Assembly: GCA_947626315.1 (NCBI GenBank)
Contig: CANQRQ010000012.1
Span: 3,458 to 67,457, forward strand
Length of the DNA stretch: 64,000 nucleotides
Direction: 5' to 3'
Source of the DNA: an uncultured Oscillospiraceae bacterium
GTDB taxonomy: Bacteria; Bacillota; Clostridia; Oscillospirales; Oscillospiraceae
This document shows, in pieces, positions 55,129 through 63,976 of this stretch (its first letter is position 1; the number at the start of each line of letters is the position of its first letter). Under the pieces are notes generated by a model, which was not told the origin of the DNA, ran no database searches, and was given only the letters and a program-made list of their open reading frames with translations. Both the position numbers and the translations under genes were made by a program.

Positions 55129-58100
55129 GTGGAGGTGCGGTACAGCACCAGCGTTAATGCCAGTATCAATAGCGGAGAGGGACATTACAACGATGCCGAC
55201 TCCGTGGGCGTAAGCTACCGTACATGGGAAAGTATACAGGCCGAGAACAAGATCGGAGACATCAAAATGATCCGCATCTCCGTCAAGGGGAGTACCGCGC
55301 CCCAAAGCTTCCCGGTGGGCTACAAGGCGACCTTCGACATCCCGTATAAGTTCGTCGAAGCGGACAAGACCAAGCTGATGGGCAAGCAGATCGAGTTCGG
55401 CCCCTGCGGTATCACCAGCTACGTGCGCAACAACGCCAGCGCCAGCGGCCACACGCCCACCCAGCGGATCCGGGCGGAGATCCAGACGGGTATCATCGCC
55501 GGCCGGGTGTTCCTGGACAGCAACTTTAACGGCGTTTACGATGAGGGCGAGCAGCTTGCCTATAACGCCAGCAACCTTACGATCTCGGCCCAGCATAAGG
55601 CGGGCGCGGACCCCGGCATGGACCCGGAAGGGTCGCTCCATGAAGCCAAACCTGCCGCCGACGGCAAAACCTATGAGCTGACGGGCCTCCAGGCCAGGAC
55701 CTATACCGTCACGGCTGTATACGGCGCGTACAGCGAAGGCGCGCCTACGGACAGCAGCCGCCGCTTCTCCTCCGTCCCGAAGGAAGGGAAAACCGGCTAT
55801 CTGCCGGAGACGAGCTTTGACGTGACGGTTGACGGTTCAGCCGAAAACCAACAGATGGACATCGGCCTCCAGGCGCCCCACAAGGTGACCTTCCAGGTGG
55901 TGTATGTGGAGGAGTATTCCAGTTCCACCCCGGCCGCTCCGACGGAGCAGACGGTCTACGTCTGGCACGGCGAGACCTTCAACAGCAGCAGCGTTACGGC
56001 GCCGGCCTTCGAGCTGGACAGCGATTTCCAGTGGGCAGACGGGGAAGATCATCCCGTATGGACTGTTAAGGACGGGGACGGCACGTTAGACGAAGAGAAC
56101 ACGCACATCACCGGCGACGTCACCTATACCGCCACGGCGGTGCGCAAAGAGCACAGCGTGACCTATGAAATGAACCTCCCGGCCGGGTACACGCAGGGGA
56201 CGGGTGTTCCCGAAGCGGTGCAGGCCGTCAACGGCCAGAGAGTGACGCTCAAATGCACCGAGGACGATACGACTCATACGGCCAGGCCGACTGTGACCGG
56301 CAGCGGCACGGTGGTCTTCATCGGCTGGACCGAAACAGTCAATGGAACAATCATACCAAAAGGCGACAACCGGCAGAGCGCAGAGGACCTGGGCTGCCGC
56401 ACGTCTGTGACCATGCAGGACAGAGACGTGACCGTATACGCCCTGTGGGGCTATGACACCAACGGCAACGGCACCGCCGACGTGCTGGAGGACCGCTACA
56501 CGGTCACCTACCACGCCGGAAAGGGCAGCAATCCGCCGGCGGATGTGAAAAACTGCCTCCGAGATGAGACGATCACCCTGGATAAGGGAGAGAGCATGAC
56601 TAAGCCCACGGGCGACGGCGGCAAAACGGTCCTTTTCGTGGGCTGGAAGGAGGGGACTGAGCCAGAGAAGGTCTACTCCAAGGACGATATCGCCGACAAG
56701 AGCACTATTGAAAGCGACCTGCATACACCCGGCGAATACACTGTCACCAAGAGCGTGGATATGTACGCCGTCTGGGCCTATGACGAGAACAAGAACAATA
56801 CCCCCGACTACCGGGAGACCATGTACACCCTGAACTACAACGATAACGGCGTGAGCACCCATCCCGACGGTTATCCCAGCAGTGAAAGCTATCTGCCGGG
56901 GGTGAGCGTGAAGCTGTGGACGCCGGGTTCTACCTGGAAGGCGACGCTGCTCAGCACCCGCGTGGTCTTCGTGGGCTGGAGCGATGGGCAGAAAGAGACC
57001 CCCGTCTCCGAAGCACCGGACGACCTTCTTCCCGGAACCGTCACCATGCCGGACAGCGGGAACAAGACCGTCTACGCGGTCTGGGCCTATGACCTGAACG
57101 ACAACGGAGAGCCGGACTACGGAGAGGACTGGTACACCCTCAAATACGACCGCAACGGCGGCGAGGGAGAACCCGAGAAGGAGCCGGAAAGCGTGCAGAT
57201 CCTGCCCGGCGGCAGCTCCGTGGTGCTCCCCAACAGTGGCACCATCAAGTGGACAAAAGATAAGGACGGCAAGACGGCAATCTTTGTGGGCTGGAGCCGG
57301 AAGCAGGCGATGGAGGTCTTTGATCAGTTCGGCATAGCCACGGTAGGCGGGGAAGAGGAAAAGCTTTCCGATAATAAATTCATACTGACGAGCCCCTACG
57401 CCATCGGGACGGACGTGACAAGCGATATCACCCTTTACGCGGTGTACGCCCTGGATGACAACAACGACGGCAAGGCGGACTACAGCGAGGAAGCCTGGCA
57501 GGTGTACTACTACGCCAACGGCGGAGAAGCGCTGGCCCCGGGCGTCAAGGTGGAGGACGACGGCCTGTTCCGCGAGTGCGGACACCACCACGTGGCCGGG
57601 GAGCCGAACGTGAGCCTGATCGATCTGGACACCGGCAGGGGCCTGATAAAGAGGGACGGCGCGGTGCTCCTTGGCTGGTCGCTGGAGAAGACTGAGAATG
57701 TCGTCAAATCCAAGGAAGAGGAAGGCGCGGCAGATATCGTCACAACGGTGAACATCCCGTCAGACCCTGTGGACGGCAACCGGTACGTGCAGGTCTACGC
57801 CGTCTGGGCGGAGGACCTGAACGGCAACCACGTGGCGGACTATGAGGACGATCACTGGAATCAGTGGTATTACAGCAATCAGGCCCTCGCGGACTGGAGC
57901 CCGGCGGAAGGAAATCCCGACCAGAGGGCAGATATCGCCGAGGCGGAGAAAAGACTGCCCGCAGGCGTGAGCCGCATAGTGCTTGGCGAGGAGGATAAAA
58001 TGCCCGGGACGATCGAGAACATCCTCACGGGCATGACGGTGGACGTGCCGGAGCCCACCCTGGTGGAGCGCTGGGACTATGACGCCGACGACAGCGAGGT

Positions 58101-60774
58101 CCACCACTACATCCAGCTGGGCTGGTCCGGCTCCCGCCACCCGGCCGCCTCCAGCGCCGGACAGGCCCTGTCCTGGCTCCATAAGGACGAGGATCCCGCC
58201 GAGGACGGCACCCAGCGCAAGGTGGCCGGCGCGATTGACCAGTATAACTTCGCGGTCTGGGCCCTGGACGACAACCATAACAAAAGAGCTGACTATGAGG
58301 ACGGCCACTATGCCCTGCACTTCAACTTGAAGGGCGGGACCGGCGGCCCCGGAGACCGGCGGGGCGTGCTGGAGGGCGTCACCGTGCCCCTTTCCCCGGA
58401 ACCCACCAAGGACCGGGCTCTGTTTCTGGGCTGGAGCGAGAAGGACCTCTGCGCCGATGGCGACCTGAGGGCCGCCCCCACGGAGGCGCTCCTGGGCGTG
58501 GATGCCGAGTGGACCATGCCCGGCGCGGAGACCACCCTCTACGCGGTCTGGGCCGAGGACCGGGACGGCAACGGCAAGGCGGACTATGAGCAGTTCGTGA
58601 CCGTCACCTATCGCGGCAACGCCAAATCCGGCGGTTCCGTGGAAAACATGCCTAATCCCCCCGTACTGAGAGTACCCTTCTCGGATCGAAACCTTGTCCT
58701 CAGCGACCGGACGCCCACCCATACCCAGACGAGGGCCGGGCAGGATCTGGCGTTCATAGCCTGGTCTACGGAGCGCACCTCCAGCATCTACAGCCGCTAT
58801 GACCAGAGCAGCCTGGAGAGCGACGCCCCCGCGGCCAAGCGCTTTGCCCCCGGCGGCGCCTTCCCCCTGCCCGGGAACACAGAAGAAGTCGATCTCTACG
58901 CCGTCTGGGGCTATGACCTGAACGGCAAAAACGGCGCAGATGTGCTGGAGACCCGCCACACCCTGACCTATGACGCCAACGGCGGCAGATCCGCCCCCGC
59001 TCCGGTGCGCAGAATGCTGGAGGGGGACCGGGTGGAGCGCCTGAGCATGGAGGCCAGCTACGGCCTGGACAATGTGATCCTGGTGGGCTGGACCACCCTG
59101 GAAAACAAGGTGGAGGAGATCCTCACCTGGGACAGCGCCCACGAGCGCTCCCGTGAGATCGACAGCCACATCATGCTGTCCTACACCATGGGCGCCAGGG
59201 ACGCCACGGTCTATGCCGTCTGGGCGGAGGATCTGAACGGCAACGGCGTCCCGGACTACCGGGAGGATAAGAACATCCTGAGCTATCACTATACCGGCGC
59301 CGCCGCGCCGGAGGGCCTGGTCCAGGGCGGCGGGTATCTGCCCGGCCTGACGGCGGAGCTCTGGAAGGACGCCAATACCGGGACCGACGGAGCCTGGAGC
59401 CGGGGCGAGGGCAGCGGCAGAAGCGTGTTCGTGGGCTGGACCCTGTCTGAAGAGACGGCCGGAACGGTGCTCTCCGCAGCCCCGGGGCCGCGGGATACAG
59501 TCAGCGAAGTGGTCATGGCCGGAGATGTGAACGTCTACGCCCTCTGGGCCTGGGACCGCAACGCCAACGGGATCCCCGATTATGACGACGCAAGAATCAC
59601 CCTGACTCTGGACCCCAACGGCGGCATGAAAGAGACTGAGGCCGCAGAGCCTCTGTTCATCCCGGAGCTGCTGCCGGGGACCTATACCGGCCTCGCCTCG
59701 GAGGAGGCCGCCGCCTGGACCAAGACCGTGGACGGGCTGCAGCTGGTCTTTGCCGGGTGGAGCGAGACGCCGCTGAACGGATATATCGACAGCGACGGGC
59801 TCTACCGGGACGCCGCCCGGGCAGGGGAGAGCACCGCGGAGGAGATCCTGCTGCCCGACCCGTACCAGGTTCCGGCGGAGAACCGGACCCTGTACGCCGT
59901 GTACGCCGCCGATGAGGACGGCGACGGCCGCCCGGACAGCGAGGAGAGCGCCGTCCATGTGGAGTATTACGCCAACGGCGGCAAAGCCGCCTCCGGGAAG
60001 TGGCTCAACGATACGGAGGAGCTGTTTTACATCTGCACACACCGCCATGTCCCCGGAGAGACGGAGACGAAGCTGCTGACCACGGAGCAGGCGGCCGCCT
60101 ATATCTCCCGCCCCGGCGCGCTGCTGGTGGGCTGGGGCCTCCGCCCGGCCGGGCTCTGCCTGGCCGAGGCCCAGGTGGCGGCTGCCCTCGCCGGAACAGT
60201 GACGCTCCCCGCCGCGGGGCACGGCAACGCCAGGCTGTACGCGGTCTGGGCGGCGGATGAAGACGGAAGCGGCATCCCCGACTATCAGGAGACCGCCGCC
60301 GGGCCGGTGGGAAGCCTGGCCGTCACCAAGACGGTGCAGGGCCGCGCCGGAGAAGAGGAGCGGCAGTGGCACTTCCGGGTGCAGCTCAGCGACAGCAAGC
60401 TGAGCGGCCTCTACGGCGATCTGCTCTTTACGGACGGCGCGGCGGAGTTCAGCCTTCGGCACGGCCAGACGGCCACGGCTGCGGGGCTCCCCGCCGGGCT
60501 GAAATACACCGTGACGGAGCAGGAGGCCGGGAAGGACGGCTATACCACCAAGCCCACCGGCGAGACCGGAACCATCCCCGAAGGGGAGACGGTCCGGGCC
60601 AGTTTTGTCAACAGCCGGGAGACCGTGCCCCCTGCCGCGAAGACCGGGGACGACGGCAACGCCGGGTATTGGCTGGGGCTTATGCTCCTGTCCGCCATGG
60701 GCTTCCTGCTCACCGGAACGCCGGTTCTGCAGCGGCGGCCCCGCCGCGCGGTGGGAAAGCACGAGAGACGATAG
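55129..60774 (+). CDS. C-terminal part of the same giant surface protein
   Basis: Same frame as 52087..55116. No signal peptide and no convincing RBS. Contains an SdrD-B-like domain (GRVFLDSNFNGVYDEGE) and about 13 InlB-B/Flg_new-type repeats (YTLxYDxNGG...GW...LYAVWA). A Cna-B-like domain (VTKTVQG...YTVTEQ) follows. It ends with AAKTGD, a hydrophobic helix and RRPRR. Confidence 0.8.
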   Translation: MEVRYSTSVNASINSGEGHYNDADSVGVSYRTWESIQAENKIGDIKMIRISVKGSTAPQSFPVGYKATFDIPYKFVEADKTKLMGKQIEFGPCGITSYVRNNASASGHTPTQRIRAEIQTGIIAGRVFLDSNFNGVYDEGEQLAYNASNLTISAQHKAGADPGMDPEGSLHEAKPAADGKTYELTGLQARTYTVTAVYGAYSEGAPTDSSRRFSSVPKEGKTGYLPETSFDVTVDGSAENQQMDIGLQAPHKVTFQVVYVEEYSSSTPAAPTEQTVYVWHGETFNSSSVTAPAFELDSDFQWADGEDHPVWTVKDGDGTLDEENTHITGDVTYTATAVRKEHSVTYEMNLPAGYTQGTGVPEAVQAVNGQRVTLKCTEDDTTHTARPTVTGSGTVVFIGWTETVNGTIIPKGDNRQSAEDLGCRTSVTMQDRDVTVYALWGYDTNGNGTADVLEDRYTVTYHAGKGSNPPADVKNCLRDETITLDKGESMTKPTGDGGKTVLFVGWKEGTEPEKVYSKDDIADKSTIESDLHTPGEYTVTKSVDMYAVWAYDENKNNTPDYRETMYTLNYNDNGVSTHPDGYPSSESYLPGVSVKLWTPGSTWKATLLSTRVVFVGWSDGQKETPVSEAPDDLLPGTVTMPDSGNKTVYAVWAYDLNDNGEPDYGEDWYTLKYDRNGGEGEPEKEPESVQILPGGSSVVLPNSGTIKWTKDKDGKTAIFVGWSRKQAMEVFDQFGIATVGGEEEKLSDNKFILTSPYAIGTDVTSDITLYAVYALDDNNDGKADYSEEAWQVYYYANGGEALAPGVKVEDDGLFRECGHHHVAGEPNVSLIDLDTGRGLIKRDGAVLLGWSLEKTENVVKSKEEEGAADIVTTVNIPSDPVDGNRYVQVYAVWAEDLNGNHVADYEDDHWNQWYYSNQALADWSPAEGNPDQRADIAEAEKRLPAGVSRIVLGEEDKMPGTIENILTGMTVDVPEPTLVERWDYDADDSEVHHYIQLGWSGSRHPAASSAGQALSWLHKDEDPAEDGTQRKVAGAIDQYNFAVWALDDNHNKRADYEDGHYALHFNLKGGTGGPGDRRGVLEGVTVPLSPEPTKDRALFLGWSEKDLCADGDLRAAPTEALLGVDAEWTMPGAETTLYAVWAEDRDGNGKADYEQFVTVTYRGNAKSGGSVENMPNPPVLRVPFSDRNLVLSDRTPTHTQTRAGQDLAFIAWSTERTSSIYSRYDQSSLESDAPAAKRFAPGGAFPLPGNTEEVDLYAVWGYDLNGKNGADVLETRHTLTYDANGGRSAPAPVRRMLEGDRVERLSMEASYGLDNVILVGWTTLENKVEEILTWDSAHERSREIDSHIMLSYTMGARDATVYAVWAEDLNGNGVPDYREDKNILSYHYTGAAAPEGLVQGGGYLPGLTAELWKDANTGTDGAWSRGEGSGRSVFVGWTLSEETAGTVLSAAPGPRDTVSEVVMAGDVNVYALWAWDRNANGIPDYDDARITLTLDPNGGMKETEAAEPLFIPELLPGTYTGLASEEAAAWTKTVDGLQLVFAGWSETPLNGYIDSDGLYRDAARAGESTAEEILLPDPYQVPAENRTLYAVYAADEDGDGRPDSEESAVHVEYYANGGKAASGKWLNDTEELFYICTHRHVPGETETKLLTTEQAAAYISRPGALLVGWGLRPAGLCLAEAQVAAALAGTVTLPAAGHGNARLYAVWAADEDGSGIPDYQETAAGPVGSLAVTKTVQGRAGEEERQWHFRVQLSDSKLSGLYGDLLFTDGAAEFSLRHGQTATAAGLPAGLKYTVTEQEAGKDGYTTKPTGETGTIPEGETVRASFVNSRETVPPAAKTGDDGNAGYWLGLMLLSAMGFLLTGTPVLQRRPRRAVGKHERR

Positions 60775-60830
60775 AACCGTAAAGCGATAAAACGAAAGGG
60801 AGGGCAGGCACTGTTGTGCCTGCCCTCCGC

Positions 60831-60990
60831 AGACTGTAGACAAACAGAAGAGCCATGCATAGAACTGCAGGGGGAGAGGGCAGAGAGGGGGCGGGAGCCC
60901 CCTTTCAGCGTTCAATCCGCACTTATGCAAGAGCATTTTTGAATGCTCTTGCATAAGCTTTCAAGGTGAAGACACTTTGTCTTCAACTTG
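60831..60990 (+). repeat. 160-bp structured intergenic repeat, copy B
   Basis: Collinear with copy A along its whole length, with a few substitutions. One is a compensatory C:G to G:C flip in the 16-bp hairpin at 60922-60957. Confidence 0.9.
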
Positions 60991-61036
60991 CGTGCAGGCA
61001 CAGCTGTGCCTGCACGCCGCAGACTTTGTATCAAAA

Positions 61037-61075
61037 GGCAGGATCTCCGCCGACTGGCGGGGATCCTGCCTTTTC
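61037..61075 (+). terminator. Intrinsic terminator downstream of the adhesin locus
   Basis: ggcaggatc(tccgccgactggcggg)gatcctgcc stem followed by TTTT. Confidence 0.7.
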
Positions 61076-61159
61076 GTCCTGTATTCTGGACGATTTGCAT
61101 AAATTTGACAGGAAAAATTGGGCAGGGCGCCAAAGTTTGCCTCTTCCACATGTTGGATA

Positions 61160-61188
61160 TTGACATTTTGACACAAAATGAGTAAAAT
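61160..61188 (+). promoter_or_regulatory. Sigma-A-type promoter of the LacI-family regulator / sugar ABC locus
   Basis: TTGACA (61160-61165), a 17-nt spacer, then TAAAAT (61183-61188). Confidence 0.65.
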
Positions 61189-61203
61189 CAAATTAAGAAA
61201 TCT

Positions 61204-61227
61204 GAAAACGTTACCGGAAACGTTTTC
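61204..61227. promoter_or_regulatory. Perfect inverted repeat, candidate LacI-family operator
   Basis: GAAAACGTT-accgga-AACGTTTTC lies 16 nt downstream of the -10 element. Its AACGTT cores resemble LacI/CcpA-type half-sites. Confidence 0.6.
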
Positions 61228-61324
61228 TTAATTGTTTTTAGCAAATATTATCACTTTATGGTGAATTTTGCCGCAGGCGGGTCTTGGATCCCTCCAGCGG
61301 AAAAGGAGAGGGGCTGGGAGGACT

Positions 61325-62344
61325 GTGACCATCAAGGATATCGCCAAAGCCTGCGGCGTCAGCGTGAGCACGGTGTCCAGAGTGCTGAACAACCGGCCCG
61401 ATGTGAGCGAGCCGGTGCGCCGGAAGGTGCTGGACGCGGTGGAGGCCAGCGGCTACATCCCTAACGACAGCGCCCGGGACTTGGTCCGCAGCCGTTCCGA
61501 CGCGCTGGGCGTGGTGGTCCGGGGCTCCGGGAACCTGTTCTTCTCCGCCGTGCTGAAGACCGTGGCCCGGGAGATTGACCGGGCGGGCTACACCATGGTC
61601 CTGCGCTACATCGGCGAGGACGACGACGAGGTCAAGACCGGCGCTTTCCTGGAGCGGGAGAAAAAGCTCCGGGGCTTGTTGTTCCTGGGCGGCCGCTTTG
61701 ATTACACCCCCGCGGAGCTGGCGACCATCGGCGTGCCCTATGTCTGCTGCTCCTACACCAACTGTTTCGGAAGCCTTGCGGAGGAGGACTACTGCTCCGT
61801 CTCCATCGACGACCAGCTGACGGCCTACCGGGCCGTGGAACGGCTCATTGAGCTGGGCCACCGGCGCATCGCCGTTCTGGCCCCCAGCTTGGACGACCGC
61901 TCCATCAGCGAACTGCGCTACAAGGGCGCCTGTGCCGCCCTGTGGGATCACGGCATCGAGCCGGACCCGGAACTGATCGAGGTCACCGGCGGCTGCTTCG
62001 ACATGCCAGACACCTATGAGGGCATGTGCCGCATCCTGAACCGGGGCGCGGATTTCACGGCGGTCTTTGCCTTCTCGGACACCACCGCCATCGCCGCCAT
62101 GAAGGCGCTGGAGGAGCACGGCCGCCGTGTGCCGGAGGACTGCTCCGTGATCGCCATCGACGGCATCGCCGTCTCGGAGTATGTGAGCCCCACCCTGACC
62201 ACCATGGTCCAGCCCGCCGAGGAGATGGGCCGGGAGGGGGTGCGCATCCTGGTGGATTCCATCGAGAAGGGCCAGCGGGGCTGCCATGTGGTCCTGCCCA
62301 CCCGGCTCCGCCCCGGCGGTTCCGTCCGGCCGGCATCCAAATAG
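61325..62344 (+). CDS. LacI family transcriptional regulator
   Basis: The GTG at 61325 has a GGGAGG RBS. HTH VTIKDIAKACGVSVSTVSRVLNNRPDVS followed by a periplasmic-binding-protein-like sugar-binding core. Confidence 0.9.
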   Translation: MTIKDIAKACGVSVSTVSRVLNNRPDVSEPVRRKVLDAVEASGYIPNDSARDLVRSRSDALGVVVRGSGNLFFSAVLKTVAREIDRAGYTMVLRYIGEDDDEVKTGAFLEREKKLRGLLFLGGRFDYTPAELATIGVPYVCCSYTNCFGSLAEEDYCSVSIDDQLTAYRAVERLIELGHRRIAVLAPSLDDRSISELRYKGACAALWDHGIEPDPELIEVTGGCFDMPDTYEGMCRILNRGADFTAVFAFSDTTAIAAMKALEEHGRRVPEDCSVIAIDGIAVSEYVSPTLTTMVQPAEEMGREGVRILVDSIEKGQRGCHVVLPTRLRPGGSVRPASK

Positions 62345-62419
62345 CTTGATTTTCCGGCCCTTCGGGCCTGAAGATACCACCTCATTTGAGGAAAAATTTG
62401 AAAAGGAGAAAATCAGCAA

Positions 62420-63766
62420 ATGAAAAAGATCTTAGCGCTTCTTCTGAGCCTCGCCATGGTGTTTGCCCTGGCCGCCTGCGGCGGTTCCTCGGCTCCTGCC
62501 GCTGAGGCCCCCGCCGATGCCCCTGCCGAGGCTCCCGCCGACGAGGCCCCCGCTGCTGCCGGCTCCGTGTACTGGCTGAACTTCAAGCCTGAGGCGGACG
62601 ATATCCTCCAGCAGGTCGCCGGTATGTATACCGAAGAGACCGGCGTGCCCGTGAAGGTCGTCACCGCCGCCTCCGGCACCTACAACCAGACCCTGACCTC
62701 TGAAATGGACAAGTCCGCTCCTCCCACCATGTTCGTCATCGGCAACAAGGCCGCCGTGGACGAGTGGGGCGACTATGCCCTCGACCTGAGCGGCACCGCT
62801 GTGGCCAACGAGCTGAACACCGACGCCTACAATCTCTATGACGACAGCGGCAAGCTGGTCTCCATCGGCTACTGCTACGAGTGCTACGGCATCATTGTCA
62901 ACCCCGATCTGATCGAAGCGGCCGGCCACTCCATGGACGAGCTGGTCAACTTCGAGGGCCTGAAGACCGTGGCCGAGGACATCCACGCCCGCGCCGCCGA
63001 GCTGGGCTTCGACGCCTTCACCTCCAACGACATGGACTCCTCCTCTTCCTGGCGCTACACCGGCCACATGGCCAACCTGGAGTACTACTATGAGGAGCAG
63101 GATGCCGGCGCTGCCTGGACCGAGTGCCCCGCCACCATCACCGGCGCCTACATGGACAACTTCCGCAACCTGTACGATCTGTGCGTCAACAACAGCCTGG
63201 TAGCCCGCGCTGATCTGGCCACCGGCGGCCACGACGCCCAGAACGAGTTCAAGACCGGCCAGGCCGCCTTCTATGTGCAGGGCTCCTGGGAGTACGGCGG
63301 CGTAGCCGAGGGCGTTCCCAACGCCACCATGATCCCCTACTACTGCGGCGTAGAGGGCGAGGAGAAGGCCGGACTGAACTGCGGCACGGAGAACTACTGG
63401 GCCGTCAACGCCAAGGCCTCCGAGGAGGACCAGAAGGCCACTCTGGACTTCATGTACTGGTGCGTGACCGACCCCGAGGCCTCTGAACTGCTGGTCAACG
63501 GCACGGGCGCCTTCGGCGTCATGCCCTACAAGCAGGCTGCCGCCTCCACCAACGCTTTCCTGGCCGTCGCCAACGACTATGCCGCCAAGGGTTGCTATGT
63601 CATGGACTGGGCCACCAACTATCAGCCCAACGTGGACGAGTACCGCGCCACGCTGGTGTCCGCCATGAACCAGTATAACGCCGATCCTTCCGACGCCAAC
63701 TGGGAGTCCGTGGTCACCGCCTTCGTGGCCGGCTGGGCCACGCAGTACCAGGCCGTCAACGGCTGA
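62420..63766 (+). CDS. Sugar ABC transporter substrate-binding lipoprotein (family 1 SBP)
   Basis: Lipobox LAACGG, an Ala/Pro/Glu/Asp linker, then VYWLNFKPE... and a fold about 400 aa long. AAAGGAGAAA RBS. Confidence 0.85.
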   Translation: MKKILALLLSLAMVFALAACGGSSAPAAEAPADAPAEAPADEAPAAAGSVYWLNFKPEADDILQQVAGMYTEETGVPVKVVTAASGTYNQTLTSEMDKSAPPTMFVIGNKAAVDEWGDYALDLSGTAVANELNTDAYNLYDDSGKLVSIGYCYECYGIIVNPDLIEAAGHSMDELVNFEGLKTVAEDIHARAAELGFDAFTSNDMDSSSSWRYTGHMANLEYYYEEQDAGAAWTECPATITGAYMDNFRNLYDLCVNNSLVARADLATGGHDAQNEFKTGQAAFYVQGSWEYGGVAEGVPNATMIPYYCGVEGEEKAGLNCGTENYWAVNAKASEEDQKATLDFMYWCVTDPEASELLVNGTGAFGVMPYKQAAASTNAFLAVANDYAAKGCYVMDWATNYQPNVDEYRATLVSAMNQYNADPSDANWESVVTAFVAGWATQYQAVNG

Positions 63767-63816
63767 TAAAAGAGCTTTCCGAATCATTGACAGGGCGGGC
63801 GTAACGCCCGCCCTGT

Positions 63817-63976
63817 CAAGGTGAAGACAAACTGTCTTCACCTTGACAGCTTATCCAAGAACATTTTTAAATGCTCTTGGATAAGAGTAGATTGAACGCT
63901 GAAAGGGGGCTCCCGCCCCCTCTCTGCCCTCTCCCCCTGCAGTTCTATGCATTGCCGTTCTGTTTGTCTACGGTCT
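63817..63976 (-). repeat. 160-bp structured intergenic repeat, copy C (inverted orientation)
   Basis: The reverse complement aligns end to end with copies A and B. It is flanked by the hairpins 63789-63817 and 63977 to the window end. Confidence 0.9.
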
